Origin: an uncultured delta proteobacterium
GTDB lineage: Bacteria > Desulfobacterota > Binatia > DP-6
Assembly: GCA_963815115.1 (NCBI GenBank)
Contig: CAWFFN010000009.1
Span: 1,280,001 to 1,344,000 of the forward strand
Reading direction: 5' to 3'
DNA length: 64,000 nucleotides
The notes beneath the pieces are model-generated. The model did no database searches, was not told the origin of the DNA, and saw only the letters and a program-made list of their open reading frames with translations. The translations under genes and the position numbers were made by a program. Positions 37,768 through 49,925 of this stretch are shown here, piece by piece; positions within the stretch are counted from its first letter, which is position 1, and the number at the start of each line of letters is the position of its first letter.

Positions 37768-39255
37768 ATGCGCTTCGTCGTCGCCATCGATCAGGGGACC
37801 ACGGGTACGACCGTGCTCGTCCTCGACCGCCGCGGCCGGGTGGCCGGTCGGGCGTACCGGGAGTTCACCCAGCACTTCCCGAAGCCCGGCTGGGTCGAGC
37901 ACGACGCGGAGGAGATCTGGCGCGTCACCCTCGGCGTGCTGCGCCGGGCGTGCCGCCTGGCTCGCGCTCGCGGGCGCGACATCGCGGCGATCGGGATCAC
38001 CAATCAACGCGAGACCACGCTCCTCTGGGATCGTCGCACCGGGCGTCCCGTGCATCGCGCCATCGTGTGGCAGGACCGCCGCACCGCCGAGCACTGCGAG
38101 GCGTTGCGCGCCGCTGGCGCCGAGGAGCTGGTGCGGCGCAAGACGGGGCTCGTCCTCGACCCCTACTTCAGCGCCACCAAGCTGGGCTGGGTGCTCGGAC
38201 ACGTGCGTCGCGCCGCCGAGCGCGCGGCACGCGGCGAGCTGTGCTTCGGGACCATCGACGCGTGGCTGGTCTGGAAGCTCACCGGGGGCGCCGTGCACGC
38301 CACCGATCCGACGAACGCCTCGCGCACGCTGCTCTACGACATCAACGACCGGGCATGGGACCCGGAGCTGTGCCGTCTGTTCGCGGTGCCGGAGTCCGTG
38401 CTCCCCGAGGTGCGGCCGTCGAGCGGGACCTTCGGTGACACCACCCCGGACGTCCTCGGCGAGCCGGTGCCGATCGCGGGGATCGCCGGCGACCAGCAAT
38501 CCGCGCTCTTCGGCCAGGGCTGCACCGAGCCGGGCATGGCGAAGAATACCTACGGCACGGGGTGCTTCCTGCTCCTGCACACCGGAGCACGTCCGGTGAG
38601 CTCGACGCACGGCCTGCTCACCACGGTCGCGTGCGACGCACGCGGCGGCCCGGCGTACGCCCTCGAGGGCGCCGTGTTCATCGCCGGTGCGGCCATCCAG
38701 TGGCTGCGTGACGGCCTCCGGCTCCTCGGCACGGCGGCGGAATCGGAGCGCCATGCGCGCAGCGTCGACGACTCGCTCGGCGTGCACGTGGTGCCGGCGT
38801 TCGTCGGGCTCGGCGCCCCCTACTGGGATCCCGAGGCACGCGGAGCCGTGCTCGGCCTCACGCGCGGCGTGACGCGCGCGCATCTGGTGAGAGCGACCCT
38901 CGAGTCGCTCGCCTTCCAGACCCGCGACGTCGCGGACGCCATGGCCGCCGACGCCGGCGGTCCGCTGCACGCGTTGCGCGTCGACGGCGGCGCGTCCGCC
39001 AACGACTTCCTGATGCAGTTCCAGGCCGATCTGCTCGGCGTCCCGGTGGAGCGTCCGGCGCTGATCGAGACCACGGCGATCGGCGCGGCCCAGCTCGCGG
39101 GCCTCGCGGTGGGATTCTGGCGCACGCCGAAGGAGCTGGCGGCCATGCGCCGCAAGGACCGGCGCTTCCGGCCGCGCATGCCCGTCCTGCGTCGCGAGGC
39201 GCTCTACCGGGGCTGGCAGGACGCCGTGCGCCGCGTGCGCAGCCGCCTCGCCTGA
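37768..39255 (+). CDS. glpK: Glycerol kinase
   Basis: [60 protein letters not shown]. Confidence 0.97.
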   Translation: MRFVVAIDQGTTGTTVLVLDRRGRVAGRAYREFTQHFPKPGWVEHDAEEIWRVTLGVLRRACRLARARGRDIAAIGITNQRETTLLWDRRTGRPVHRAIVWQDRRTAEHCEALRAAGAEELVRRKTGLVLDPYFSATKLGWVLGHVRRAAERAARGELCFGTIDAWLVWKLTGGAVHATDPTNASRTLLYDINDRAWDPELCRLFAVPESVLPEVRPSSGTFGDTTPDVLGEPVPIAGIAGDQQSALFGQGCTEPGMAKNTYGTGCFLLLHTGARPVSSTHGLLTTVACDARGGPAYALEGAVFIAGAAIQWLRDGLRLLGTAAESERHARSVDDSLGVHVVPAFVGLGAPYWDPEARGAVLGLTRGVTRAHLVRATLESLAFQTRDVADAMAADAGGPLHALRVDGGASANDFLMQFQADLLGVPVERPALIETTAIGAAQLAGLAVGFWRTPKELAAMRRKDRRFRPRMPVLRREALYRGWQDAVRRVRSRLA

Positions 39256-39330
39256 GGCCGTCCAACAGCCCCTGGATTGGCCCCCCACATTGCGCCTGCC
39301 CGGAGCTCCTGTTAAAAGCGTCGCTTCGCC

Positions 39331-39567
39331 ATGAAGGAAGGCATTCATCCGCGCTACGAGAAGTCCAGCATCGTCTGCGCCTGCGGCAATGTCGTCGAGA
39401 CCCGATCCACGAAGGAGAGCATCCACGTCGAGATCTGCTCGGCGTGCCATCCCTTCTTCACCGGCAAGCAGAAGCTGGTCGACACCGCGGGACGGGTCGA
39501 GCGCTTCAATCGCAAGTACGGCAAGAAGGCCGCGGACGACAGCGGCACGACCCCCGCGGCCGGCTGA
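39331..39567 (+). CDS. rpmE: 50S ribosomal protein L31 (zinc-binding type)
   Basis: [37 protein letters not shown]. Confidence 0.97.
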   Translation: MKEGIHPRYEKSSIVCACGNVVETRSTKESIHVEICSACHPFFTGKQKLVDTAGRVERFNRKYGKKAADDSGTTPAAG

Positions 39568-39610
39568 CGGCGTGCGGGTCCCCTCCCGCCGGCGGGGGGC
39601 GTGACGGGCC

Positions 39611-40675
39611 ATGCTCGAGCGTCTCGCGGAGGTCGAGCGGCGGTACGAAGAGCTGGAGCGGCTCGTCGCCGACCCGGCGGTGATCGCCAACCGCCGGGAG
39701 TACGCGAGGCTGGCCCGCGAGCGCGCGCAGCTGGCGGAGACCGTCGCCGGCTACCGCGAGCGGCAGCGCATCGAGCGTGAGATCGCCGAGCACCGGGAGC
39801 TCCTCCAGGACGCCGATGCCGGAATGCGCGAGCTGGCGCGCAGCGAGCTCCCCACCCTCGAGTCGGACCTGTCGGCTCTCGACGAGCGCCTGAAAGAGTT
39901 GCTCCTGCCCCGCGATCCCAACGACGAGCGCAACACCGTGCTCGAGATCCGTGCGGGAACCGGCGGCGACGAGGCAGGCCTCTTCGCCGCCGAGCTGTTC
40001 CGCATGTACTCCCGGTACGCCGAGCGGCACGGCTGGCGCGTCGAGGTGCTGTCGTCGAGCCCGACCGGGATCGGTGGCTTGAAGGAAGTGATCGCCCTCG
40101 TCCAGGGTGAAGGCGCCTTCAGCCGGCTCAAGTTCGAGGGTGGCGTGCACCGCGTGCAGCGCGTGCCCGTCACCGAGACGCAGGGACGCATCCACACCTC
40201 GGCGGTCACGGTCGCGGTCCTGCCCGAAGCCGAGGACGTCGAGATCGACCTGCCCGAGAAGGAGCTGCGCATCGACGTCTTCCGCTCCTCGGGTCCGGGC
40301 GGGCAGAGCGTCAACACCACCGATTCCGCCGTGCGCGTGACCCATCTGCCGACGGGCCTGGTGGTGACCTGTCAGGACGAGAAGTCGCAGCACAAGAACA
40401 AGTCGAAGGCGCTCAAGATCCTGCGCGCCCGGCTCCTCGACCGCGCCCGCCAGGATCAGCAGGCGAGCATCGCCGCCAACCGGCGCGCCATGGTGGGAAG
40501 CGGCGATCGCTCGGAGAAGATCCGCACCTACAATTTTCCGCAGAGCCGGATCACCGACCACCGCGTCAACCTCACCCTGCACCAGCTCGACCGTGTGCTC
40601 GACGGCGACCTCGACCAGCTCGTCGACGCGCTCGCCACGAAGGCGCGGAGCGACGCCCTCGAGGCCGCGCCGTGA
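39611..40675 (+). CDS. prfA: Peptide chain release factor 1
   Basis: [14 protein letters not shown] tripeptide, [15 protein letters not shown]. Confidence 0.97.
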   Translation: MLERLAEVERRYEELERLVADPAVIANRREYARLARERAQLAETVAGYRERQRIEREIAEHRELLQDADAGMRELARSELPTLESDLSALDERLKELLLPRDPNDERNTVLEIRAGTGGDEAGLFAAELFRMYSRYAERHGWRVEVLSSSPTGIGGLKEVIALVQGEGAFSRLKFEGGVHRVQRVPVTETQGRIHTSAVTVAVLPEAEDVEIDLPEKELRIDVFRSSGPGGQSVNTTDSAVRVTHLPTGLVVTCQDEKSQHKNKSKALKILRARLLDRARQDQQASIAANRRAMVGSGDRSEKIRTYNFPQSRITDHRVNLTLHQLDRVLDGDLDQLVDALATKARSDALEAAP

Positions 40676-41562
40676 GGCTCGCGCCGGAGCAGGCCGCGGC
40701 CCCGACGGTCGGAGCGGCGCTGGGCGCTGCGGTTGCGCGGCTGCGGGCGGCGGGGGTGCCGGAGCCCGAGGCCGACGCGCAGGTGGTGTTCGCGTACGCG
40801 CTCGGGACGAGCCGGGCCGGCGTCGTCGCCAGCGCGCGCGATCCGCTGCCGCCGGCGCTCGCCGCCCGGCTCGAGCCGCTGCTGCGGCGGCGCACGGCAC
40901 GCGAGCCCGTGGCTCACATCGTCGGCGAGCGCGAGTTCTGGTCCCTGTCGCTGGCGGTCGACCGGCGCGTGCTCGTGCCGCGTCCCGAGACGGAGCTGCT
41001 CGTCGAGGCGGCGCTGCGCCGCAGCCCGCTGGCGCGACGCGTGCTCGACTGCGGCACCGGCAGCGGCGCCGTCGCCGCCGCGCTCGCCCGCGAGCTCCCG
41101 CACGCGACGGTGTGGGCCTGCGACCGCTCCCTCGCGGCGCTCGCGGTCGCGCGCGAGAACTGCGCGCGCCATGCGCCGGACGTTCGATTGCTCGCGGGAG
41201 ACCTGCTCGCGGCGGTACGCGCCGCCGCCGTCGACCTGGTGGTGTCGAACCCCCCCTACCTGAGCGAGAGCGCGCTGGCGGCGGTCGCTCCGGAGGTGCG
41301 CGAGTTCGAGCCGCGCGAGGCGCTCGCCGCCGGTCCCGAGGGGCTCGACGTGCTGCGGCGCCTGATCGCCGATGCGACCCGCGTGCTCGCGCCAGGCGGC
41401 TGGCTGCTGGTGGAGATCGGCGCGGGGCAGGACGTGGCGGTGCGGCGCCTCTTCGAGGCGACCGGGTGCTACACCGACCTGGTGATCGAGGACGATCATG
41501 CCGGCATCCCGCGGGTGGTGGGGGCGCGGCGGAGGAGGGACGGGGGATGGACAGCATCGTGA
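40672..41562 (+). CDS. prmC: Release factor glutamine methyltransferase
   Basis: [23 protein letters not shown]. Confidence 0.95.
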   Translation: MRLAPEQAAAPTVGAALGAAVARLRAAGVPEPEADAQVVFAYALGTSRAGVVASARDPLPPALAARLEPLLRRRTAREPVAHIVGEREFWSLSLAVDRRVLVPRPETELLVEAALRRSPLARRVLDCGTGSGAVAAALARELPHATVWACDRSLAALAVARENCARHAPDVRLLAGDLLAAVRAAAVDLVVSNPPYLSESALAAVAPEVREFEPREALAAGPEGLDVLRRLIADATRVLAPGGWLLVEIGAGQDVAVRRLFEATGCYTDLVIEDDHAGIPRVVGARRRRDGGWTAS

Positions 41563-42812
41563 TCGAGGGCGGGACCGTGCTGGAGGGCGAGGTCGAGGTG
41601 AGCGGGGCGAAGAACGCCGCGCTGCCCTTGCTGTTCGCGACGCTGCTGACGCCGGAACGCTGCGTCCTGCGCCACGTGCCCGCGCTCGCCGACATCCGCA
41701 CCGCGCTCGCCGTGCTCCGGCATCTCGGCGCCGAGGTCACGCAGGGCGAGGGCGGCCACGAGGTCACCGTCGAGGCGGCGGTGATCGGGTGCACCGAGGC
41801 GCCGTACGAGCTCGTCAAGACGATGCGGGCGTCGTTCCTGGCCCTCGGACCGTTGCTGGCCCGCTTCGGGACCGCGCGCGTGTCGACCCCGGGCGGCTGC
41901 GCCATCGGTGCGCGTCCGGTCGATCTGCATCTCTCCGGGCTCGAGAAGATGGGCGCTCGCATCACGGTGCGGGAAGGCTACGTCGAGGCCGCGGCGGACC
42001 GCCTGCGCGGCGCCAGCATCGTGCTCGACTTCCCCTCGGTCGGTGCGACGCAGCAGCTCATGATGGCGGCGGCCCTCGCCGACGGTGCCACCGTCATCGA
42101 GAACGCCGCACGCGAGCCGGAGATCGAGTGCCTCGCCGTCCTCCTCGAGCGCATGGGGGTGTGGGTCGAGGGCGCCGGAACGTCGCGCGTGACGGTGGAG
42201 GGGAGGCGGGACCCGCGCGGCGCCGAGATCTCCGTCATTCCCGATCGCATCGAGGCGGGCACGTTCATGGTGGCGGCCGCCATCACCGGCGGCTGCGTGC
42301 GGGTGAACGGCGCCCGCCACGACCACCTGGAGGCATTCGTCACGAAGCTCGGCGAGACCGGTGTGGCGATCACGGAGTACGACGGCGGGTTGCAGGTGGA
42401 AGCCAACGGCCATCTCGCCGCCATCGACATCCGCACCATGCCGTATCCGGGGTTCCCCACCGACCTGCAGGCGCAGATGATGGCGCTGGTGACCCGCGCC
42501 GGGGGCACCAGCCGGTTCACGGAGACCGTGTTCGAGAACCGCATGCTGCACGCCGGCGAGCTGGTTCGGCTCGGCGCACAGGTCCGGGTCGAAGGCAACA
42601 CCGCCGTGGTGCGCGGCCCGACGCCGCTGTCGGGCGCCCCCGTGATGGCCACCGACCTGCGCGCCAGCGTGTCGCTGGTGCTGGCCGGCCTCGCGGCACG
42701 CGGCGAGACCACCGTGTCGCGCGTCTACCATCTCGACCGCGGCTACGAGCGGCTCGAGGCCAAGCTCGGCGCGCTCGGCGCGCGCATCACCCGGGTGAAG
42801 GGCACGGCGTGA
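41547..42812 (+). CDS. murA: UDP-GlcNAc enolpyruvyl transferase
   Basis: [43 protein letters not shown]. Confidence 0.97.
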   Translation: MDSIVIEGGTVLEGEVEVSGAKNAALPLLFATLLTPERCVLRHVPALADIRTALAVLRHLGAEVTQGEGGHEVTVEAAVIGCTEAPYELVKTMRASFLALGPLLARFGTARVSTPGGCAIGARPVDLHLSGLEKMGARITVREGYVEAAADRLRGASIVLDFPSVGATQQLMMAAALADGATVIENAAREPEIECLAVLLERMGVWVEGAGTSRVTVEGRRDPRGAEISVIPDRIEAGTFMVAAAITGGCVRVNGARHDHLEAFVTKLGETGVAITEYDGGLQVEANGHLAAIDIRTMPYPGFPTDLQAQMMALVTRAGGTSRFTETVFENRMLHAGELVRLGAQVRVEGNTAVVRGPTPLSGAPVMATDLRASVSLVLAGLAARGETTVSRVYHLDRGYERLEAKLGALGARITRVKGTA

Positions 42813-44137
42813 TCGCCACCGACCTGATCGTGCGGGCCGGTACGCCAGCGGCACGCCGCCGGCTCGCGCGGCTCGAGGCTCGCGGTGCGGAGGGCGGCGC
42901 GCGCGTCGAGCGCGAGGTGCAGCGCATCCTCCGCGCCGTGCGGGACGGCGGGGATCGGGCGCTCCTCGCCTTCACGCGCCGCTTCGACGGCGTCGTGCTG
43001 CGGCCGGCCACCCTGCGCGTCCCGACCCCCGACCTCGCCGCGGCATACCGCGATCAGCCCGCCACGGTCCGGCGCGATCTCGCACTCGCCGCCCGCCGCA
43101 TCCGCGCGTTCCATCTCCGGCAGCGAGAGCGCTCGTGGTCCTTCCGCGACGCGACCGGCGCGCGCCTCGGACAGATCATCCAGCCGCTCGAACGCGTCGG
43201 TCTGTACGTCCCGGGCGGGCGTGCTGCCTACCCGTCGACGGTGCTCATGACGGCGCTGCCGGCGCGCGTCGCCGGGGTCGCCGAGGTCGTCGCCGTATCG
43301 CCTGCGGGGCCGGGGGGACATCCGCCGATCATCCTCGCGGCGTGCCACGTCGCCGGTGTCGATGCGCTCTACCGCGTCGGCGGCGCGCAGGCCGTGGCGG
43401 CGCTGGCCTACGGCACGGCGACCATCCCGCGGGTCGACAAGATCGTCGGGCCGGGGAACGTCTACGTCGCGACGGCGAAGCGCCTGGTGTACGGGCAGGT
43501 CGACATCGATTCCATCGCGGGGCCGAGCGAGGTGCTGATCCTCGCCGACCGCTCGGCGTCGTCCGACGTCGTCGCAGCCGACATGCTGGCGCAGGCGGAG
43601 CACGACCCGGAGGCGGCCGCGATCTGCGTGACGCCGAACTTCCGGGTGGCCGAGCGTGTGGCCGCGGCGCTCGCCGAGCAGCTCGCGGCGTTGCCTCGGC
43701 GGGCGATCGCGGCGCGCTCGCTGGCGCGCTTCGGCGCGGTCGTGGTGACGGCATCGCTCGCCGAGGCCGTCGCGCTCGCCAACCGCCTGGCGCCGGAGCA
43801 CCTCGAGCTGCTGGTCCGGTCTCCGCGGCGCTGGGTGCCGCGCATTCGCCACGCCGGAGCGGTGTTCGTCGGGCCGCACGCGCCGGAGGCGTTCGGCGAT
43901 TATCTCGCCGGCCCCAATCACGTGCTGCCGACCGGTGGCACGGCGCGCTTCGCCTCCCCGCTCGGGGTGTACGACTTCGTCAAACGCACCAGCCTGATCG
44001 AGGCGGGTCCGCGGACGCTCGCCCGTCTCGGACCGGCGGTCGCAAGGCTGGCGCGGCTCGAGGGGCTCGACGCGCACGCGCGCGCGATCGAGCGGCGACT
44101 CGCGCCGCGGCGCCGCATCGTGGGAGGATCGCGCTGA
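42809..44137 (+). CDS. hisD: Histidinol dehydrogenase
   Basis: [53 protein letters not shown]. Confidence 0.96.
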   Translation: MIATDLIVRAGTPAARRRLARLEARGAEGGARVEREVQRILRAVRDGGDRALLAFTRRFDGVVLRPATLRVPTPDLAAAYRDQPATVRRDLALAARRIRAFHLRQRERSWSFRDATGARLGQIIQPLERVGLYVPGGRAAYPSTVLMTALPARVAGVAEVVAVSPAGPGGHPPIILAACHVAGVDALYRVGGAQAVAALAYGTATIPRVDKIVGPGNVYVATAKRLVYGQVDIDSIAGPSEVLILADRSASSDVVAADMLAQAEHDPEAAAICVTPNFRVAERVAAALAEQLAALPRRAIAARSLARFGAVVVTASLAEAVALANRLAPEHLELLVRSPRRWVPRIRHAGAVFVGPHAPEAFGDYLAGPNHVLPTGGTARFASPLGVYDFVKRTSLIEAGPRTLARLGPAVARLARLEGLDAHARAIERRLAPRRRIVGGSR

Positions 44138-44766
44138 TGGCACTCCAGGCTCGCCGCGCCCCGGCGCGGCACAAGGGTCGATCTGCGGTGGTGGCGCGCA
44201 AGACCAAGGAGACCGACATCCGGCTCGATCTCCAGCTCGACGGCAGCGGCCGCTACGCGGTGAAGACGGGGATCCCGTTCCTCGATCACATGCTCGAGCT
44301 GTTCACGAAGCACGGGGTCTTCGACCTCACCGTGCAGGCGCGCGGCGATCTCGAGGTGGACTACCACCACACCGTCGAGGACGTCGGGCTGGTGCTGGGC
44401 CAGGCGGTGCGCGAGGCGCTCGGCGACAAGGCGGGCATCCGGCGCTTCGGCGAGGCCACGGTTCCCCTCGACGAGGCGCTCGTGCAGACCGTGGTGGACC
44501 TCTCCGGGCGGCCGTTTCTCGCCTACGACGTCCGCATCAAGCAGGCGAAGATCGGCAGCTTCGACGTCGAGCTGATCCACGACTTCCTGCTCGCGCTGAC
44601 CAACCAGGCGGGCATGAACCTGCACGTGCGCATGCTGGCGGGGCGGAACCCGCACCACATCGTCGAGGCCGCCTTCAAGGGGCTCGCCCGCGCCCTCGAC
44701 GTGGCGACGCAACGCGACCCGCGCGTGCGCGGCGTGCTCTCCACCAAGGGAACGCTCGACGGATGA
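44137..44766 (+). CDS. hisB: Imidazoleglycerol-phosphate dehydratase (monofunctional)
   Basis: [32 protein letters not shown]. Confidence 0.96.
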   Translation: MALQARRAPARHKGRSAVVARKTKETDIRLDLQLDGSGRYAVKTGIPFLDHMLELFTKHGVFDLTVQARGDLEVDYHHTVEDVGLVLGQAVREALGDKAGIRRFGEATVPLDEALVQTVVDLSGRPFLAYDVRIKQAKIGSFDVELIHDFLLALTNQAGMNLHVRMLAGRNPHHIVEAAFKGLARALDVATQRDPRVRGVLSTKGTLDG

Positions 44767-45392
44767 CGCGACCGCTCGCCATCGTCGACTACGGCGTCGG
44801 CAACCTGCGCAGCGCGCAGAAGGCGTTCGAGCGCCTCGGCCAGGCGGCCGAGATCACCAGCGACGCCGACCGCATCGCCGGCGCGCCGGCGGTCGTGCTG
44901 CCGGGGCAGGGCGCCTTCGGCACGTGCATGCAGAACCTCGCCGCGGCCGGCCTGGTCGAGCCCGTACAGGCGGCGGCACGGTCGGGACGGCCGTTTCTCG
45001 GCATCTGCGTCGGGATGCAGATTCTCTTCGACGAGAGCGAGGAGTCGCCCGGCGTGCGCGGGCTCGGCATCTTCGGCGGCCGCGTGGTGCGCTTCCCGCG
45101 CGATCCCGACCGCAAGGTCCCGCACATGGGCTGGAACCGGCTGGATCTGGTTCGGCGCGTGCCGGCGCTGGCGGAGGTGGAGGACGGCGCCTACGTCTAT
45201 TTCGTGCACTCCTACCACCCCGTTCCGGCCGACCCGAGCGTGGTGGCGACCACCACCTCGTACGGTCTCGACTTCGTCTCCAGCGTCGGACGCGACAACG
45301 TCTACGCCGGCGTCTTTCATCCCGAGAAGAGCCAGCGCGTCGGGCTGGCGCTGCTCGCGGGGTTCGTGCGCACGCTCGCGGGGCGGGGATGA
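44763..45392 (+). CDS. hisH: IGP synthase glutaminase subunit
   Basis: [35 protein letters not shown]. Confidence 0.96.
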   Translation: MTRPLAIVDYGVGNLRSAQKAFERLGQAAEITSDADRIAGAPAVVLPGQGAFGTCMQNLAAAGLVEPVQAAARSGRPFLGICVGMQILFDESEESPGVRGLGIFGGRVVRFPRDPDRKVPHMGWNRLDLVRRVPALAEVEDGAYVYFVHSYHPVPADPSVVATTTSYGLDFVSSVGRDNVYAGVFHPEKSQRVGLALLAGFVRTLAGRG

Positions 45393-46114
45393 TCGTCTAT
45401 CCCGCCATCGATCTCCGCGGTGGCCGCTGCGTGCGTCTCACCCAGGGCGACTTCGCCCGCGAGACGGTCTACGGCGACGACCCGGTCACGGTCGCGCGGC
45501 GCTGGGCGGCGCTGGGCGCGCGCTGGCTCCACGTCGTCGATCTCGACGGCGCCCGGGCGGGCCGCCCGGTGCAGTCGGCGCTCGTCGCCGCCATCTGCGC
45601 CGCGGTTCGCATCCCCGTGCAGGTGGGTGGTGGCATGCGCGACGCGGCGGCGGTGGAGACGGTGCTGGACGGCGGCGCGGCGCGGGTCGTGCTGGGAACG
45701 GTCGCGGTGCGCGAGCCGGCGCTGTGCGCGCGGCTCTGCCGTACCTGGCCGGGTCGCGTGGCGGTCGGCATCGACGCGCGCGACGGCCTGGTTCGCGTCG
45801 CCGGCTGGCTCGAGGGAGCCGCGGTGCAGGCGACCGTGCTGGCGCGCGAGGCGGCCGGGAACGGAGCGGCGGCGCTCGTCTACACCGACATCGGGCGCGA
45901 CGGCACCCAGCAGGGGCCCGACCTCGCGGGAACGCGCGCCGTGGCGCACGCTGCCGGCATCCCGGTGATCGCGTCGGGCGGCGTCGGCGCGATCGATCAC
46001 GTGCGCGCGGTGGCCGGGCTGGCCGACGACGGCGTCGCCGGCGTGATCGTCGGCCGCGCGCTCTACACCGGAGCGGTCGACCTCCCCGAGGCGCTGGCGA
46101 CCGGGGCCGCCTGA
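45389..46114 (+). CDS. hisA: ProFAR isomerase
   Basis: [45 protein letters not shown]. Confidence 0.96.
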   Translation: MIVYPAIDLRGGRCVRLTQGDFARETVYGDDPVTVARRWAALGARWLHVVDLDGARAGRPVQSALVAAICAAVRIPVQVGGGMRDAAAVETVLDGGAARVVLGTVAVREPALCARLCRTWPGRVAVGIDARDGLVRVAGWLEGAAVQATVLAREAAGNGAAALVYTDIGRDGTQQGPDLAGTRAVAHAAGIPVIASGGVGAIDHVRAVAGLADDGVAGVIVGRALYTGAVDLPEALATGAA

Positions 46115-46899
46115 TGCTGGCGCGGCGGATCATCCCCTGTCTCGACGTGAAGGCGGGGCGCGTGGTGAAGGGCGTCCGCTTCGTCGACCTGGTCGACGCC
46201 GGAGACCCCGTCCAAGTGGCGGCGCGCTACGATGCCGCGGGCGCCGACGAGCTCTGCTTCCTCGACATCACGGCGTCGCACGAGGACCGGCCGATCCTCC
46301 TCGACGTCGTGTCGCGCACGGCCGAGCGCTGCTTCATGCCGCTCACGGTCGGGGGTGGCGTTCGCACCCTCGACGACGTCCGCGCGCTCTTGAACGCCGG
46401 TGCCGACAAGGTGTCGATCAACACGGCGGCCGTGTCCGACCCCGAGTTCGTGCGCGCGGCGTCCGGGCGCTACGGCGCGCAGTGCGTGGTCGTCGCGGTC
46501 GACGCACGACGGCGGGCGGCCGACGATCCGGGACGCGGATGGGAGGTCTTCACCCACGGCGGGCGGCGGCCGACGGGCCTCGATGCCCTCGAGTGGGTCG
46601 CTCGCATGCAGGCCGCCGGTGCCGGGGAGATCCTCCTGACCAGCATGGACCGTGACGGGACCAGGGAGGGCTACGACCTCGAGCTGACGCGCGCGGTGGC
46701 CGATCGCGTCGACATCCCCGTGATCGCGTCCGGCGGCGCCGGAACGCTGCAGCACCTGGTGGACGGCCTCACCACGGGCGGCGCGAGCGCTGCGCTGGTG
46801 GCATCGATCTTCCACGACGGGACCCACACCGTCGCGGAGGCCAAGGCCTATCTGGCAGGCCACGGCGTGCCGGTGCGGCGGGAGCAGGGCGTCGGCTGA
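46114..46899 (+). CDS. hisF: IGP synthase cyclase subunit
   Basis: [39 protein letters not shown]. Confidence 0.97.
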   Translation: MLARRIIPCLDVKAGRVVKGVRFVDLVDAGDPVQVAARYDAAGADELCFLDITASHEDRPILLDVVSRTAERCFMPLTVGGGVRTLDDVRALLNAGADKVSINTAAVSDPEFVRAASGRYGAQCVVVAVDARRRAADDPGRGWEVFTHGGRRPTGLDALEWVARMQAAGAGEILLTSMDRDGTREGYDLELTRAVADRVDIPVIASGGAGTLQHLVDGLTTGGASAALVASIFHDGTHTVAEAKAYLAGHGVPVRREQGVG

Positions 46900-47582
46900 T
46901 GGGCGGCTGGCTCGGCGACACGCTGGCGATGTACGGGCGGGTCTTCCGGCGCGCCGCGGAGCTGCTGCGACGCAACTGGCAGGTCGCGCTCCTCGCCGCC
47001 GCGTACGTGCTGGCGCTCGGGATGCTGGGCGGCGTCCTGGTGCCGTTCGGGCTGGTCGGGGGCATCATCTGGACGACCGCGCGGGCCGCTGCCTGCGGCT
47101 CGTGGCTGGTCTTCGTGGAGCAGGTGGTGCGCAGCGGGCGCGCCAATCTGCGTGATCTGCCGTCGAGCTTCGGCACCTACTTCGGCGACATGCTGAACAT
47201 CTTCTTCCTGCTCTTCCTCGGGCAGTTCGCGCTCCTCCAGTTCCCCTTTCTGTTCATCCTCTTCCTGCTCGCCGCGCTCGTCTTCCTGAACGCCGTGCCC
47301 GAGATCGTCTACCTGGGCCGCTCCTCGACCATGGAGCTGCTCGCGGAGAGCTACCGGTTCATCGGCTCGAACTGGATCGAATGGTTCCCGCCCAACCTCG
47401 CCCTGATCGTCGTGCTCGCGGCCGTCCATGCCCTGCTGCCGCCTTCGCCCTTCGGAGTCGTGCGCGCGGTCGGCATCGGGGTCGTGCTGGCGTATCTGTT
47501 CTTCATGCGCGGGCTGCTCTTCCTCGAGCTGACCACCTCGAGCCGGCGCACGCGCGAGTTCCGGCGTCGAGCGGCCGGGTGA
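46899..47582 (+). CDS. Uncharacterised multi-pass membrane protein
   Basis: About five or six hydrophobic segments, NAVPEIVY and NWIEWFPPN motifs; TGATG-coupled to hisF. Confidence 0.75.
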   Translation: MGGWLGDTLAMYGRVFRRAAELLRRNWQVALLAAAYVLALGMLGGVLVPFGLVGGIIWTTARAAACGSWLVFVEQVVRSGRANLRDLPSSFGTYFGDMLNIFFLLFLGQFALLQFPFLFILFLLAALVFLNAVPEIVYLGRSSTMELLAESYRFIGSNWIEWFPPNLALIVVLAAVHALLPPSPFGVVRAVGIGVVLAYLFFMRGLLFLELTTSSRRTREFRRRAAG

Positions 47583-47604
47583 CGGGAACGGAGGCGAACT
47601 CCTC

Positions 47605-48354
47605 ATGGCAGACACGGTCCGCGTCATCGGCAACTATCTCTCCCCCTACGTCCGTAAGGTGCTCGTCGTGCTCGACCTGAAGGGCGTGCCGTACGAGATC
47701 GATCCCATCATTCCCTTCATGGGTGACGATCGGTTCTCCGCCCTGAGCCCGCTGCGGCGCATCCCCGTGCTGATCGACGACCAGGTGACGCTGAGCGATT
47801 CCTCGGTGATCTGCGAGTACCTCGAGGACCGCCATCCGACGCCGCGCCTCTATCCCGCCGAGGTGGTGGCTCGGGCGCGCGCGCGCTGGCTGGAGGAGTT
47901 TGCCGACACCCGGATGGGCGAGGTCATCATCTGGCGCCTCTTCAACGAGGTCGCCGTCAAGCCCTTCGTGTGGGGCGAGCCGACCGACCGGGAGATGCTC
48001 GCGCGGACGCTCGAGCAGGACGTGCCCGACGTCCTGGGCTACCTCGAGGGGCTGCTGCCCGCCGACGGCTTCGCGTTCGGCGACCTGTCCGTCGCGGACG
48101 TCGCGATCGCCTGCTTCTTCCGCAACGCCGCTTTCGCACGTTTCCGGGTCGATGCCGCGCGCTGGCCGATCACCGCGGCCTTCGTCGAGCGGGTGCTCGG
48201 CATCCCCGCGTTCCAGCGCCTCGTGCCGTTCGAGGACCGGACGCTCCGGACGCCCATCGCCGAGCATCGCGAGGCGCTCGCCCGGATGGGGGCGCCGATC
48301 ATGGCGGAGACGTACGGGACCGCGTCGCCGCGCCGCGGGATCATGCGGATCTGA
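47605..48354 (+). CDS. Glutathione S-transferase family protein
   Basis: SPYVRKV, PLRRIPVL, DSSVICEYLED, LSVADVAI. Confidence 0.9.
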   Translation: MADTVRVIGNYLSPYVRKVLVVLDLKGVPYEIDPIIPFMGDDRFSALSPLRRIPVLIDDQVTLSDSSVICEYLEDRHPTPRLYPAEVVARARARWLEEFADTRMGEVIIWRLFNEVAVKPFVWGEPTDREMLARTLEQDVPDVLGYLEGLLPADGFAFGDLSVADVAIACFFRNAAFARFRVDAARWPITAAFVERVLGIPAFQRLVPFEDRTLRTPIAEHREALARMGAPIMAETYGTASPRRGIMRI

Positions 48355-48369
48355 GCGGGTGCGTCTCGC

Positions 48370-49323
48370 TCAGCCGTGCTGGGCTTCGAGCCAGCGCTCC
48401 GCGTCGATCGCGGCCATGCAGCCCGAGCCCGCGGCCGTGACCGCCTGCCGGTAGGTCGGATCCTGGGCGTCGCCGCACGCGAACACGCCCGGCACGCTGG
48501 TGTAGGTGGTGCGCGGCTCGGTCACGATGTAGCCGCGCTCGTCCATCCGGATCTGCCCGGCGAAGAGGCTCGTATTCGGCTCGTGGCCGATGGCGATGAA
48601 GAGTCCCTCGAGCGGCATCTCGCGGCATGCCTTGGTCTTGGTGTCCTCGAGCACGACGGCCGTGATGCCGCCGTCCTTGGGATCGCCCAGCACGTCCACC
48701 GGGACCACGTTCCACACGAACTCGACCTTCGGGTTCTTCCGGGCGCGATCCTGCATGATCTTCGAGGCGCGCAGCTCGTCGCGCCGATGGAGCACGGACA
48801 CCTTGGCGGCGAACTTGGTGAGGAAGATCGCCTCCTCCATGGCGGTGTCGCCGCCGCCCACCACCGCCACGTTCTTGCCCTTGAAGAAGAAGCCGTCGCA
48901 GGTGGCGCATGCCGACACGCCGTATCCCATGAGCCGCTGCTCGCCCGGGAGGCCGAGCAGCTTGGCGCTGGCGCCGGTGGCGATCACCAGGCTGTCGCAC
49001 AGGTGCTCCTCGCCGGAAAGCGTCACCCCGAACGGCCGCCGGGAGAGATCGACGGCGGTGACGTCGCCGTAGAAGAACTCGGTGCCGAAGCGCGCCGCCT
49101 GCTTCTTGAAGATCTCCATCATCTCCGGCCCGAGCACGCCCTCGGCGAAGCCCGGATAGTTCTCGACGTCGGTCGTGATGGTGAGCTGGCCACCCGGCTG
49201 CGAGCCCTCGACGACCGCCGGCGCCAGGTTGGCGCGCGCTGCATAGATGGCGGCGGTGAGCCCGGCGGGGCCGGAGCCGAGGATCAGTACGCGGTGGCGA
49301 TTGGCGCCCGTGGCGGCAGTCAT
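48370..49323 (-). CDS. trxB: Thioredoxin reductase
   Basis: [52 protein letters not shown]. Confidence 0.97.
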   Translation of the reverse strand: MTAATGANRHRVLILGSGPAGLTAAIYAARANLAPAVVEGSQPGGQLTITTDVENYPGFAEGVLGPEMMEIFKKQAARFGTEFFYGDVTAVDLSRRPFGVTLSGEEHLCDSLVIATGASAKLLGLPGEQRLMGYGVSACATCDGFFFKGKNVAVVGGGDTAMEEAIFLTKFAAKVSVLHRRDELRASKIMQDRARKNPKVEFVWNVVPVDVLGDPKDGGITAVVLEDTKTKACREMPLEGLFIAIGHEPNTSLFAGQIRMDERGYIVTEPRTTYTSVPGVFACGDAQDPTYRQAVTAAGSGCMAAIDAERWLEAQHG

Positions 49324-49408
49324 CGTCCGCGCACTGTAAGGCTGCGCCCGCGGCACGGCAACCCTCGGCGGCTTGAGCGGGGCGCGCGGTTGGGATAGCC
49401 GGCGCCTC

Positions 49409-49903
49409 GTGGCGCGCGCTCGACGTCTCTCCCACCTCGACCGTCGCGGGCGGGCTCGCATGGTCGACGTGTCGGCGAAGCGGGTGACGGCGCGCGAAGC
49501 GGTCGCCCGGGGCGAGGTCGTCATGCGTCCCGAGACGCTCGCCGCGATCGCCGCGGGTGAGCTGCCCAAGGGCGATGTCCTCGCCGTCGCGCGGCTTGCG
49601 GGCATCATGGCGGCGAAGCGCACCGCGGACCTGATCCCGCTCTGCCATCCGCTCCCCCTGTCGCACGTCGACGTCGAGCTGACGCCCGACCCTGGCGCCG
49701 CCCGCGTCCGGATCGAGGGCCGCGTGCGGGTCGAGGCGCGCACCGGCGTCGAGATGGAGGCGCTCACGGCGGTGGCGGTGGCGGGTCTCACCCTCTACGA
49801 CATGTGCAAGGCGATCGATCGTGACATGAGCATCGGCGCCGTCCGCCTGGTCGCGAAGCGGGGCGGCCGCAGCGGCGAGTATCGCCGCGCGGGCGAGCGC
49901 TAG
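49409..49903 (+). CDS. moaC: Cyclic pyranopterin monophosphate synthase
   Basis: [43 protein letters not shown]. Confidence 0.95.
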   Translation: MARARRLSHLDRRGRARMVDVSAKRVTAREAVARGEVVMRPETLAAIAAGELPKGDVLAVARLAGIMAAKRTADLIPLCHPLPLSHVDVELTPDPGAARVRIEGRVRVEARTGVEMEALTAVAVAGLTLYDMCKAIDRDMSIGAVRLVAKRGGRSGEYRRAGER

Positions 49904-49925
49904 CGCTCCGGCGCCGGGAACGCTG

